DNA from: Mobula hypostoma
Lineage: Eukaryota
Direction of reading: 5' to 3'
Assembly (NCBI RefSeq): GCF_963921235.1
Contig: NC_086107.1
Coordinates: forward strand, 98,022,001 to 98,086,000
Length of the DNA: 64,000 nt
Part shown: positions 36,851 through 48,888 of the stretch, piece after piece
Layout of the letters: each line of letters begins with the position of its first letter
Position numbering within the stretch: the stretch's first letter is position 1
Program-made: the position numbers and the translations under genes
The notes under the pieces: generated by a model
Told to the model about the DNA's origin: nothing
What the model saw: the letters and a program-made list of their open reading frames with translations, nothing else
The model's database searches: none

Positions 36851-39797
36851 ACTAGTTGACTGTTACAATGGTAAACTGGTGTGATTCTGTAATGCCAACT
36901 GTTTTAAAAACTCTTATTAGCTCATACTAATGAGACCTAGGTCACTTGCTGTCACTATTTCATAGCACCGGCCAAACAGTGGCAGTCATCTGCCCAACCA
37001 CCACAGATAGGAAAAATGCACACAGCTAGAATTAGTTTCAGTCTGCAGTAAAACAGATTTGAAACTGGCTTTCTTGCCTGTAAAATAGTTTCAACAACTT
37101 GGGCAAGTTTATTTGGATAATTACACACCACTACCACCAAAACCCATTTCTCAGTTTTAAATATTGAGAAGTGTATCACAACCTTTTCAATGCATTTGAA
37201 GCTTTATTTCTCAGCAGTGCAAACAATAAAACATCAGTAAATTAAGAGAAAAAAATTAAAAAAATAACTTTCAAAACTCTTTGAGTGGTGTAGAAAATGT
37301 TTGCATTGATCAAGTAGTTACATCACGCTGGAACTGAGTTTATAATACATACAAGGTGTATTTGATTTTTTTATTGTAAACAATAAGCAGAATGAAAAAA
37401 ATACTGTTAGTTTTGCATTTCATTTGAAAGCTTTAAAGTAAAATATTGTATATATTATCAGGAATCAAAGCATTATTTTATCACATTACATTAAATGCAC
37501 GTTGCAATAAAATCAAACAATATTATTAGGCATATTGGGAGAGAAATGCAATGTTTAGCTCCTCTATCGTGATTTTAATATTCATTTTGGCTAAAACCTA
37601 CTGCATTGCACAGCATGGATGACTCTTGCTTCTTCAACTATAGCATTTTTTAAAAAAGCAGACCAATTTTAAGAAATAAATCTTTTGATGTCCCCATTTC
37701 TATAGATGGTAGCCCTATCAATAAATTAATACTTCAATACAATAATTATTTAACATTAGCTGGCAATAGTTTAATTTCATTTTGCTGGTTCTTTTTGAAT
37801 CATTGTGACAAATCCTTTAATAAATCTTAAAGGTGCCTGTGAGCAGTGCAATAGCATAGTAGTGCAAATATTGCCTCATGATACATATAGCAGATACAGT
37901 TAATACTGCTGGTCTTTAAGCTAGACTACTTGGCGACTAACATTGTTCTTATGACATTTTCCATTATATTATAACCACAGGAAATAAATAGTATGGGGAA
38001 GGAGAACAAAATTAGAAAATTCCAATCTTAATCTTACTGATGCTAGTGGAAAATACAAGATTATACAATGAAATCAACATGGCAGCAATGTACAAGTGTG
38101 AGGAATTTTCCATCTCTGCTCTCAGCCTCTTCCCCCCCCCCGATGCTTTCTGACAATTGCTGCTTTAAAACAAACCACAAATCAAATGGAATAAATTTAA
38201 GAAATAAATCCTGACTTTAAGAATCATTTCCAGATAGCTATAGTACAATATGGGATGCACATGAATGCAACCTTCAATGAGCATACACCAAACTCTCAAA
38301 TTCTTGTTCAGTTCATTACTTCCATTTTTCACACTGGCCATTGGAAACTTCTTGGTTAGGCTGCCAATCAGTACACCAGTCGACAATTTATTTTCAAGAA
38401 TGCATGGCAGGATTCCAGTCCAAATGTCGTGTTCAAAATAGTCCATGATGCTGAAAGATAACATCCTAAACTACTTTAAGTTTCATTCCGATGGCTAGTG
38501 AGCGCTTGGCAACAATTTAATTTTAATAATTTGGAAGAATCTTGTGTACCATAGAGTAAATAAATTTAAAATGTTTTGCAATTAATGGTGCAGTTGAACT
38601 GCATTTCTCTAAAAGCTCAGAGAAACAGCAGAGTAAATTGTGTCTAGCAACAGGCAAAATTGTTGACCATTTCTGATCATGGGTAAAGCACTAAATGTGT
38701 GGGCAGAGGATAAGGCCTCACCCTCAATCAGTGTCTCTTTGATACTGGGACATTACTGTCACATGATTGTTGAGGAAGGTAAATAGACAATCATGCAAAG
38801 GCCTAGGTAGACCCTCAGGTAGGGTACCTTAAAGCAGGTGCTGCTATAGGAAAGTAAACCAGAAACACCATTTCAATGTGGACCTTCAGATGATGATGAT
38901 GGTGGCATGTTAGATTTACACTGGATGTCTGTTGAATGGGAATGTTATTGCAGAAAGTACCTACTTTTGCATTTACCCTTCCTCAAAGCTCTGTGTTTGT
39001 GTTCTAAATGGACTTTCCTTAAATAGACATTTCTACTTCACAATTTGGCCTGTTCTCCCTGTTCCATGAGTTTATGAAGCATTTCCCATCCATGAACAAA
39101 ATCATTTTGACAAACACAAATCAGAACAGTGATGCAAAAGGATCAAAAGAATAAATTGCATCAAGCTCCTAATGTATTTTTAGCCAGATTTCTTTCTTCA
39201 ATTGACTTAGGTTAAGTGGCTGCTGTCCCATAGTTAAAAATTTGAGGAGATGTATAATTTCATTCTGAACCATATAACTGTGTAGCAATGGATACTAAGC
39301 TGGAAGGCCTTGTAGCAGATGCATGTTGAAAGCAGTTATGCAAGTGATTTCATGATCTTGTATAAGAGCAATTAAGCTTTGTAGTCAGCATGGCAGCTGG
39401 TGTTTGAACTGACTCAGGTCTTTAAGCATTTTTAAAATATATCATGTGCTACTGGCATGCAATTCTATAAATCACTGCCCGATTTGTGAAGAAAAAAATC
39501 AAATTAAGTTAGATGACATTTGTTTGTCTGGTACACTAGCACTTCCACTGGTAATTCCATTTACTGGCAGGGAAGTTAAATGCATACTGGGTGAACAGAA
39601 CAACATTCAATTAGATTTAAACTTGCAGTCATTAATAGACTACATACACCAAACTGACTTAAGTTACGGAAACCTGTAGCTCTTAATATTTGTTACAAAT
39701 CATACAAATGTGCATACAAATTAGGCACAGGACAGGCCACTGCACCTCTCAAACCTCCTCCACAATTTAACAAGAACATGGCTTATCTAATAGTAAC

Positions 39798-39959
39798 ATA
39801 CATCAAAGTTGCTGGTGAACGCAGCAGGCCAAGCAGCATCTATAGGAAGAGGCGCAGTCGACGTTTCAGGCCGATAGATGCTGCTTGGCCTGCTGCGTTC
39901 ACCAGCAACTTTGATGTATGTTGCTTGAATTTACAGCATCTGCAGAATTCCTGTTGTTT
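39798..39959. mobile_element. Palindromic Penelope-tail mini-element
   Basis: Inverted tails; exact 15-bp TSD ttatctaatagtaac at 39783-39797 and 39960-39974. Confidence 0.9.
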
Positions 39960-41894
39960 TTATCTAATAGTAACCTCAGCTTTGCATTCCCATCTATCTA
40001 CATTATGCCTTGTTCCTCAGGAAGTTGTCTACCTCTGCCTTAAAAATATTCCAGGACTCTGCCTCTGCCTTTTGAGGATGGAGTTCCCAAGGGTCCTGAT
40101 CCTCAAAATTCTAACTTCTCTCAGGAGAGAAAACATCTCAGGAACATTTATGTTTCAAAGAAGTCTCCTCCTGCTCTGAAAAATACTGCAGGAGATACAA
40201 GCCTCCTTTTCCAACTGTTCCTCATTCAGGGGCAACCCATGCTAGGCATTGGTTCAATAAATCTTCTCTGAATTGCTTCCAGTCTATCAAGAACCTTCCT
40301 TAAATGAGCTTATTCCAATACACAGTACACCAGGTGAGATCACAGCAGTGCTCTTTATAAGCTAAAATACATCTTGTCCTTCTAGTTTATAATTACCACT
40401 CCCACCTGAATAGTACTTTTAATGTAGTAACATAGTCCAAGATGCTTCCTAGAGATCAAATTTAGTTTAGCACATCTGATACTTCGTTAAACATTAGTGT
40501 GCTGTCTGCAAGGCCCAACTAGTTTAACTATTTCATCAATGACTGACTTTCCATGATAAGATCAGAAGTATGAGTGTACAAATGATTGTATAGTGTTTAC
40601 TTCCATTTGCAGTTCCTCCGCCGATGAAACAATCCACACCTGCACAGAGCAAAAAAAAGGTTGCGTGCAAGCACTGGCTGATATGGGAAATACCAGACAA
40701 ACAGCAGGCTAGATTGACAGTCCTGCACCAAGTGCCTCACCGCCTGACACCATTTATAGTTCAGCAGCATGATGGAATAATCCCCATAAATTTGCATGTG
40801 CAGCTCCAACAACACACGTTCAACACCAATGACAAAGTATCATGCTGTATCATTGTCTCTACCAACAACACACTGTAGCTGCAGTCTGTATCATCAACAA
40901 AACAAGTTACAATTACTCACACAGGCTACTTGGACAATATTTAATACCTCTAACACGGAGGACAAGAGTGTAGATGTGAGAACACACCACCATAACAACT
41001 CGTACACCATTCTGACAGAAGTACATCATCCCTAAATTTAAATGTTGTAAATCCTGTTCAGCAGGAACTGAGAGCAGCTTCCCCAGGAATGCAGAGAGAG
41101 AAGTTGGTACCTCGTCAGTGCCTTCTCTAGGGCAAATAGGGATGTCCATAAATTCTGGTTTTGCCAGAGACAAACTTATCATTTAGATGAAATTTTATAA
41201 AAGAAATTGAAAGGCAGCACGATGTTTCCTGTTGATCTACAAACCCTATTCAATATTGGCGATGAGCACATATCAAGGCAGTGGAGAGCATGCTTACGTT
41301 TCTATTAATACTCTAAATAAAGACAATACTGGAAGCACTCGGGTCTGGTAGGATCTATGCTGGGGTAAAACAGTTAACATTTCTAATGAAAAGTCATTAA
41401 CTGAAAAAATTTTCTCTGTTGATCCTACTAAGTCTAATCATTACAGTTTTAAGATTTTTTTTTGCTTTTCCTTCAGTACTTGCTTATAAACAATTGAATT
41501 GACTTGCTTTTTTTCTCTTTTCCTGAAATGTTTCCAGAAATACTGGTTTTAAAATAATGAAAACTCAAGATAACAATGTTAAATAATAAATATAAAATAA
41601 GTATACTTTAACTGCACTGAGTATTGCACTTCAGAATCTAATACATTGAATGTCACACACTGTACAAATATGCAGGTCTGGAAAAAAATTCAAAACTATC
41701 ATTGATTTCATAATCCCAGTTTAAAAATTCCTCCATTGTACACGATAGTAAATCATAAAAATCTTTACAATATCAAATGCCCGAATGAAACAAGATTTGT
41801 AGGCATCCTCTTATGTAATGTCACAATTAACATTGGTTAGTGGAAGCTGAACCCCTGAATATTTTCCCCAACATGTTACTTTTGCTCAACAATA

Positions 41895-44026
41895 CAAGAA
41901 AAAGATATATCCTTTTATTTGAATTTTTGGAACTCCAGTGGAAGTCAACATTGGAAGAGTATTGCAGGTCAAATGCATAGAGTGAATGTGTCCACGGGCT
42001 ATGATGAAATATCATTTTTAACATTGGGGAATAACTGGTGGGGCCTACTCTCTGTGGTTAAACTTCAGTAAACAAGACCTTGCATCTATAACGATTTAGA
42101 TCAGTCCAGATAGGAGTCGGTGACACGATGAAAGTTTATAACCTTTCCTCAATTGTCATCAAGATGGTGGTGAACCATACTTTTTTTTGATCACTCATTT
42201 ATGATTTGGCAAGTCTCGATTGCTAAACCATTACAGAGGACAATTAAGAGTCAGAGTATATACCAAATTGTCATGGACATACAGTACACACAAGGGATAG
42301 AAAGATTTCCTTCCACCAGTCATTGAACCATTAATACTGGATTTCATTTTTTTTTGGGTACAAGAATAATAATAAATACTTTGACCATTAATTCAAAAAT
42401 GGGAAATTAGCCCTTTCTGCATCTTGCTTTGAAATTCCGAGTGCTTCAGCAATCAACTGGATATTTGAGGAAATTAATTAGTTGCCAAAGATAAACTGAT
42501 TGTTAACCTTTATGGTGGGTGAGCCAAGCACAAAGAAAACTTTTACAAATGCATAAACAGCCAAAACATCTTGTCCCAAACTGTAACAAAGGGCTTGCTA
42601 TTCTGACTTGTTTAGTAATTGAACCACTAAGTAACAAGTTCGACAGAAACCCACCACACCCTAGCTGATGCCAAGAGAAAGATGCAGATTTTGGAAAAAC
42701 TTTACTGGGCAGTGTACTGGTCCTGTGTACGGGACCATGAAGCCTCAACAGCAGTAGAACTGTGGTTAAATAACTGAATGGGCAATTAGAATCTTAATAG
42801 AAAATGCAAGAAATTAAGTAACTGAGCAGCTCAAAATAAAAATCAGTAAAAGGTTGGTAATTTGTCAGAGTTATATTGTGGTGAAGAACTCCAGTCCAGA
42901 TAAGTGTGTCTGTTAAAGCAGCTAGCAATGGACAATCTTACCAGCTTTGTTCACTTCCCATGCACATACACAAACAAAAGCAATGTGGATTTTCAGACAG
43001 TGATTAATCTTGGTTCATCCAGGCCATCTGAATAGCAGGAATTAGAATTCTTATAAAGATTCCCAAAATTCCTGGGAATGTTGGCATTCTTCTAAGTTCT
43101 ACACCAAGCCAAGAGGTCTTTGTGTATTGTGCTGACAAGCTTGCATAATATTCTTGTTAAAGGTCTGTGAGGTGGGGTAGATTTATGTCAACTATCAGCT
43201 TCTGAAAATTATTAATTTTAGTTAAAATAGTACCGATTTAATGGCAGTGCAATTGGACGCTTGATCAGAATGAGTGTTCCCACAGCATGGTAACAGTTTA
43301 TTCCTGACAGACACAATGCCCGCACTGGTCCATCCACTGGCTGGAATGTGCGTGGGAATGGTATTAGAATTTCAGTCGGGTGCATGATAACATTTCTTCC
43401 AGCAAATACAAATATTCTACCATTTGCAAACTATATACCCAGCAGAAGTTAATGGCTATTTACAAAAGAGGAAAAGCCCAGATGCCTCTTTCTTAAAAAA
43501 AAGTGAGACTTTGTTTGCCAGTGTTTCCTTGTATTTCATTGCTGCAGTTGATAGGAAATCAACTTTGAATCAATGTTATGGAATTACTTTAATGTCCAGT
43601 ACAAGAAGTTTAAAACCATTGCATGTGTTCAAAATCCATAATAAAAATACATGCTCAAACTTTTCCATTGGGATGAACAGGTGGAAATTCAATCTGAAAG
43701 GTGCAATGTGATAGGGTAAAATTTCATGAACAGTGCATCATAAATAATGGCACACAATAGATTTCTTCCAATCACTTCTCCATATTATTCATGGCTTAGG
43801 ATATTCACAATCTTGAAACTGAGTGTTTCTTTTCAATACATTCCACTAAGTACCTCTGTATTTCCTTCCTGTAAAATGGGCTTTTTTTTTATTTGCAATA
43901 AGCAACATAGCAGAGATTGGGCAGCAGTTAGAGCAATCACCAGCACTGAAGCTTCAGATGTGCATTAAATAAAACCTGGCCAGGTCGATGAAGGGCTGTA
44001 GGATGCAGGATGGCAGACTGCTGGAG
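41895..44026 (-). other. SUN2: Probable SUN2 3' UTR (end uncertain)
   Basis: TE-poor AT-rich sequence after the stop. Minus-strand AATAAA candidates at 43297-43302 and 41914-41919; the latter is followed by U-rich sequence. Confidence 0.45.
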
Positions 44027-44140
44027 TTACATCACTGGCTCTCCATGGACACGGAATCGGTAGAGGCAGGTGTATTCAGGATGACCCCAGTTGCTATTCA
44101 CCCTCAGTTCAATGACTTGGTAGGCTGCAAGATCTTCATT
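44027..44140 (-). CDS. SUN2: SUN2-like terminal coding exon
   Basis: NEDLAAYQVIELRVNSNWGHPEYTCLYRFRVHGEPVM*. SUN2 is preferred over SUN1 from coiled-coil similarity and linkage to DMC1. Confidence 0.93.
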   Translation of the reverse strand, partial: NEDLAAYQVIELRVNSNWGHPEYTCLYRFRVHGEPVM

Positions 44141-44804
44141 CTACAAGTCAAAAGGAAGAATAAAAGACAAGGCATCAAATCAGGGAACCTGTGCTACAGT
44201 ACAAACATATGTGCAGATACAAGGCAGGGCTTTGGGATGGGGTCGGGGCTTAGCTGCAGACCAAATTTACAATTGACATGTTAGTAGCCCATTTTCAGTG
44301 TTTTACATGGAATCCAGGACATTCTTTTAAGACTATACAGCATTGATAATAAGGGAAAAGCAAAGCTATTGCTTCTTGTAACATCATGGGTGGGGGAGAC
44401 ACTATGCTCTACGTTTGCTTTGTGGCAATTGGTGTGACTAAGTAGTTGTAATATCAAAACCTGTACTTTGGTTGGGTTTAACTGGCTTGTGACCAGCAAC
44501 TACAACAAGTAGATCAGCCATAAATCCAGTTGTCTTCTGTAACCAACTATAAAACGTCCAGTGGCAGCACATTGAACACGCGATTAATCTTTGTTACCGT
44601 GTTCCCGCTTACTGGAATACATCAGTTTGATCTTCTGCAAAGACTGACTGAAGTAAAAATGCCTGAAGTGACAAAATCTAGGTAAAGATTGAAATCACAG
44701 CTTAAACACTAGAGCAAGCCGATGGTCAGATATTGTCACTTGTCAGAAAACAACTACCAGTTACTATATTGAGGAGCATGTTTTAGGAATAGATAGATAA
44801 ATAT

Positions 44805-45592
44805 CCCTCAACATCAGCAAGACGAAGGAATTGGTTGTTGACTTCAGAAGGAGTAGCGGACCGCACAACCCTATTTACATCAGTGGTGCGCAAGTGGAAT
44901 AGGTCAAAAGCTTTAAGTTCCTTGGGGTCAATATCACAAATGACCTGACTTGGTCCAACCAAGCAGAGTTCACTGCCAAGGAGGCCCACCAGCACCTTTA
45001 CTTCCTGAGAAAGCTAAAGAAATTTGGCCTGTCCCCTAAAACCCTCACTAATTTTTATAGATGCACCGTAGTAAGCATTCTTCGAGGGTGCATCACAACC
45101 TGGTATGGAAGTTGTCCTGTACAAGACCAGAAGAAGCTGCAAAAGATCGTGAACACAGCCCAGCACATCACACAATCCAATCTCCTGTCCATGGACTTGC
45201 TTTACACCGCACACTGTCGGAGCAGTGCTGCCAGGATAATCAAGGACACGACCCACCCAGCCAACACACTTTTCGTCCCTCTTCCCTCCGGGAGAAGGCT
45301 CAGGAGCTTGAAGACTCGTAAGGCCAGATTTGGGAACAGCTTCTTTCCAACTGTGTTAAGACTGCTGAACGGATCCTGACCTGGACCTGGGCCGTACCCT
45401 TCAAATATCCGGACCTGCCTCTCGGTTTTTTTGCACTACCTTACTTTCCCTTTTCTATTTATGATTTATAATTTAAATTTTTTAAATTTACTATTGATTT
45501 GTACTCCAGGGAGCGCAAAGTGCAGAATCAAATATCGCTGTAATGATTATACGCTCTAGTATCAATTGTTTGGCAACAATAAAGTATAAAGT
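44805..45592 (+). mobile_element. Rex1/Babar-type 3' fragment
   Basis: ARIIKDTTHPANTLFVPLPSGRRLRSL...NSFFP; tail caataaagtataaagtata. Confidence 0.85.
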
Positions 45593-45680
45593 ATATTCAA
45601 GACATATGAAAATAAAAGCATGAACAAGGTGATAGGATTATTTTAGCAAAGAACCAATGGTCCTTTCTGCATGTTCATAC

Positions 45681-45773
45681 CTGCACCTGGAATGTCTGGA
45701 TTGGATCCGCTTCTTGGTTATAGGTGTACTGTCCAAACAGGAACCCTTCATCCCGATCCTCATCATCTAAGCC
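45681..45773 (-). CDS. SUN2: SUN domain exon (93 nt)
   Basis: GLDDEDRDEGFLFGQYTYNQEADPIQTFQVQ; acag| and |gtatga. Confidence 0.95.
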
Positions 45774-47214
45774 CTGTAAACAAGCAAAATCAACAATATT
45801 CTGCTCCAGACAGTAACAGCTGCACCCAGAAATTTCCCCTCCCAAGTTGGTCCAACAATTATATCAGGCAAATGAGTACAGCAGGGCTTTCACTCGTTTG
45901 TAAAAAAAAACTTTATTGAATATAAACCATGGGGGCACCACTATTACATCTTGGGGGGGGGGGTCAGAGATCAGAGTTCAATTCCAATGCAGTCTCTAAG
46001 GAGTTTGTACCTTCTCCCCATGACTGCATGGCTTCCCTTGGGGTGCTCTGGTTTCCTCCTACAGTCCAAAGACACTCAATTTAGTGGGTTAATTGGTCAT
46101 TGTAAATTGTCCTGGGATTAAGCTAGGGTTAAATAGGTGGGCTGCTGGGCAGTGCGGGTCATTGGACGGGAAGGGCCTGTTCTGTCTTGTTACTCTAAAA
46201 TATTTTTTAAAAATTTAGAAAAAAAAATCATTTTATTTGAAAGAGAATTAGTTCCCTAAATGTTTCAAACAGAACAATTTCACCACCTTGTTTATTATGA
46301 AGTGAATCTGTAACACAAGCAAACTGAATGAAGTGGACACGTCCAACACACGTAGCATGGAGCTTGGTCTCAGGAGCACGTCCAGATTATTGGTTTATTT
46401 GTGGCTTCATTTACAACAGAACAAAATCTATATTGTATTCGCTGCTGAAGTAGTTCAGTACGGGAGGTACAATGGAAGCTAGTGCTGCGAAATCTAGAAA
46501 CCAAATTCAATGCAGAGTTAACTGATGAAAGGTTACTGAGCTGGAACATCAGCTGTGTTTTTTTTCCTTCATGGGTGCTGTCTGATCCACTTAGTATCTC
46601 CAAATCTTTCTGGTTCAATATCAAGGTTTCCAGCATTTGCAATTCTTTGCTTTCAGTCAACTGTACAAGCTTCTACAGATTTAACTAGGAATAGTTATGA
46701 TCTGGAATGTAGGCACTGAGCCATTTATAAGGTCATGTACTGCTGTGTTGCTACTTATGATTGTGAAGTTCAACTCAACCTGAGTGCTGAATATTTAATC
46801 AGTGACAAGAAAAATTAGTCAAAGATAGACATAGACATACTTTATTGATCCCGAGGGAAATTGAGTTTCGTTACAGCTGCACCAACCAAGAATAGAGCAT
46901 AAATATAGCAATACAAAAACCACAAACAATCAAACAACAATATGCAAACTATGCCAGATGGAAATAAGATGGGGGTATATTGGTAAAAGAAGCATTTTAT
47001 TTGAGCTGGAGGAAAGTGCAGAACTGGGAAATACAATGCCTCAAATTGATTTACTCAAGAGCATGCTCTGGAAAAAGGCAAACCCAAAGATTACTAGCCC
47101 TTTTACCACAAACATCAGTTGTAGCTGACAACCAAAGCTTTTAGCTTGTCTCAGCATTGTAGTAATCAAAACTTTAGGGGATCAGGGGTAATGAATATGG
47201 ACTAATCACCCATT

Positions 47215-47838
47215 AGCACTCACATTTACAGTGATAAAGTACTTTGATAGGACCAACTCCTGCCAAAGCAAGTACTGCAATTTGCCCATCACCACAATAG
47301 GTCTACAGTGGATGCAATCACAATGGCTCTTCATGTGGCCTTAGATCATCTGGGCGGTACTAATACTTACGTCAGGTTGCTGTTTATTGACTACAGCTCA
47401 GCGTTTTAACACAATCAGTCCTATAGTTCTGATCAAAAAGCTCCAAAACCTGGGCCTCAAAATCTTCCTCTGCAATTGGATTCTCGACTTCCTCACTGGA
47501 AGACCACAGTCTGTGCAGATTGGAAATAACATCTCCAACTCTCCGACAATCAACACTGGCATACCTCAAGGATGTGTGTTTAGCCCACTGTTTTCTCTCT
47601 CTCTACACCCATTACTGTGGGGCTAGGCATAGCTCAGATGCCATCTATAAATTTGCAGATGACACAACTATTGTAGGGAGAATTTCAATTGGTGACAAGG
47701 TGTACAAGAGTGAGGTAGATCAGCTGGTGCCGTAGCAACAAACTTGCATTCAAAGTCAGCAAGACCAAAGAATTGATTGTGGACCTCAAAGGATAGGACA
47801 AGGGAACACACCAGTACTCACAGAGGGACGAGTGGAAA
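47215..47838 (+). mobile_element. Rex1/Babar-type RT fragment
   Basis: [29 protein letters not shown]. Confidence 0.85.
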
Positions 47839-47945
47839 GAATCAGAATCAGGTTTATTATCACCAGCATATAATGTGAAATTTATTAACTTAGCAGCAGC
47901 AGCACAATGCATTACACAATATAGAAGAGGGAAAAAAAAACAATA

Positions 47946-48888
47946 ATAGAAACATAGAAAACCTACAGCACAATATAGGCCCTTCGGCCCACAAAGCTGT
48001 GCCGAACATGTCCCTACCTTAGAAATTACTAGACTTCCCCATAGCCCTCTATTTTTCTAAGCTCCATGTACCTATCCAAAAGTCTCTTAAAAGACCCTAC
48101 CATATCCGCCTCCACCACCGTTGCCAGCATCCCATTCCATGCACTCACCACTCTGAGTTAAAGAACTTACCCCTAACATCACCTCTGTACCTACTCCCAA
48201 GCACCTTAAACCTGTGTCCTCTTGTGGCAACCATTTCAGCCCTGGGAAGAAGCCTCTGACTATCCACACGATCAATGCCTCTCATCATCTTATACACCTC
48301 TATCAGGTCATCTCATCCTCTGTCGCTCCAAGGAGAAAAGGCCGAGTTCACTCAACCCGTTTTCATAAGGCATGCTCCCCAATCCAGGCAACATCCTTGT
48401 AAATCTCCTCTGCACCCCTTCAATAGTTTCCACATCCTTCCTGTAGTGAGGTGACCAGAACTGAGCACAGTACTCCAAGTGGGGTCTGACCAGTGTCCTA
48501 TATAGCTGCAACATTACCTCTCGGCTCCTAAATCCAATTCCACGATTAATGAAGGCCAATACACCGTATGGCTTTTTTTTGGTGTGTGCCTGTATGCATG
48601 CGAGTCTGTGCATGTGCGTGCGTGTCTGTGCATGTGTCCGTGATGATATCTTTTCTCTCCATGGCTTTTTTACAAGGCGCGGAGCGAGAGAGAGACTATG
48701 TGGCGCACCACTCCTCACATGGACATTTTCACAGTATTTTCCCTTTATTTTACCCGGCACGGATGGAAAGCATACTCGGGAGCGGACCCAACTGGTTTCG
48801 AACCCAGGAACCTCCGCTCCTGGGTCCGGCGCTGATGTCATTGCGCCACCAGCCAGCCCACCGTATGCCTTCTTAACCACAGCATCAA
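47946..48888 (-). mobile_element. CR1 LINE 3' fragment interrupted by a SINE
   Basis: LYRTLVRPHLEYCAQFWSP...; same subfamily as 35570-36203. Confidence 0.9.
48571..48858 (-). mobile_element. tRNA-derived SINE
   Basis: Minus-strand head has A box tggcgcaatg and B box ggttcgaaacc; (CA)-rich and A tail; 9-bp TSD caccgtatg at 48562-48570 and 48859-48867. Confidence 0.85.

Noticed and set aside
48780-48858. tRNA gene
   Set aside because: The A and B boxes belong to a SINE head with body, tail and TSD.
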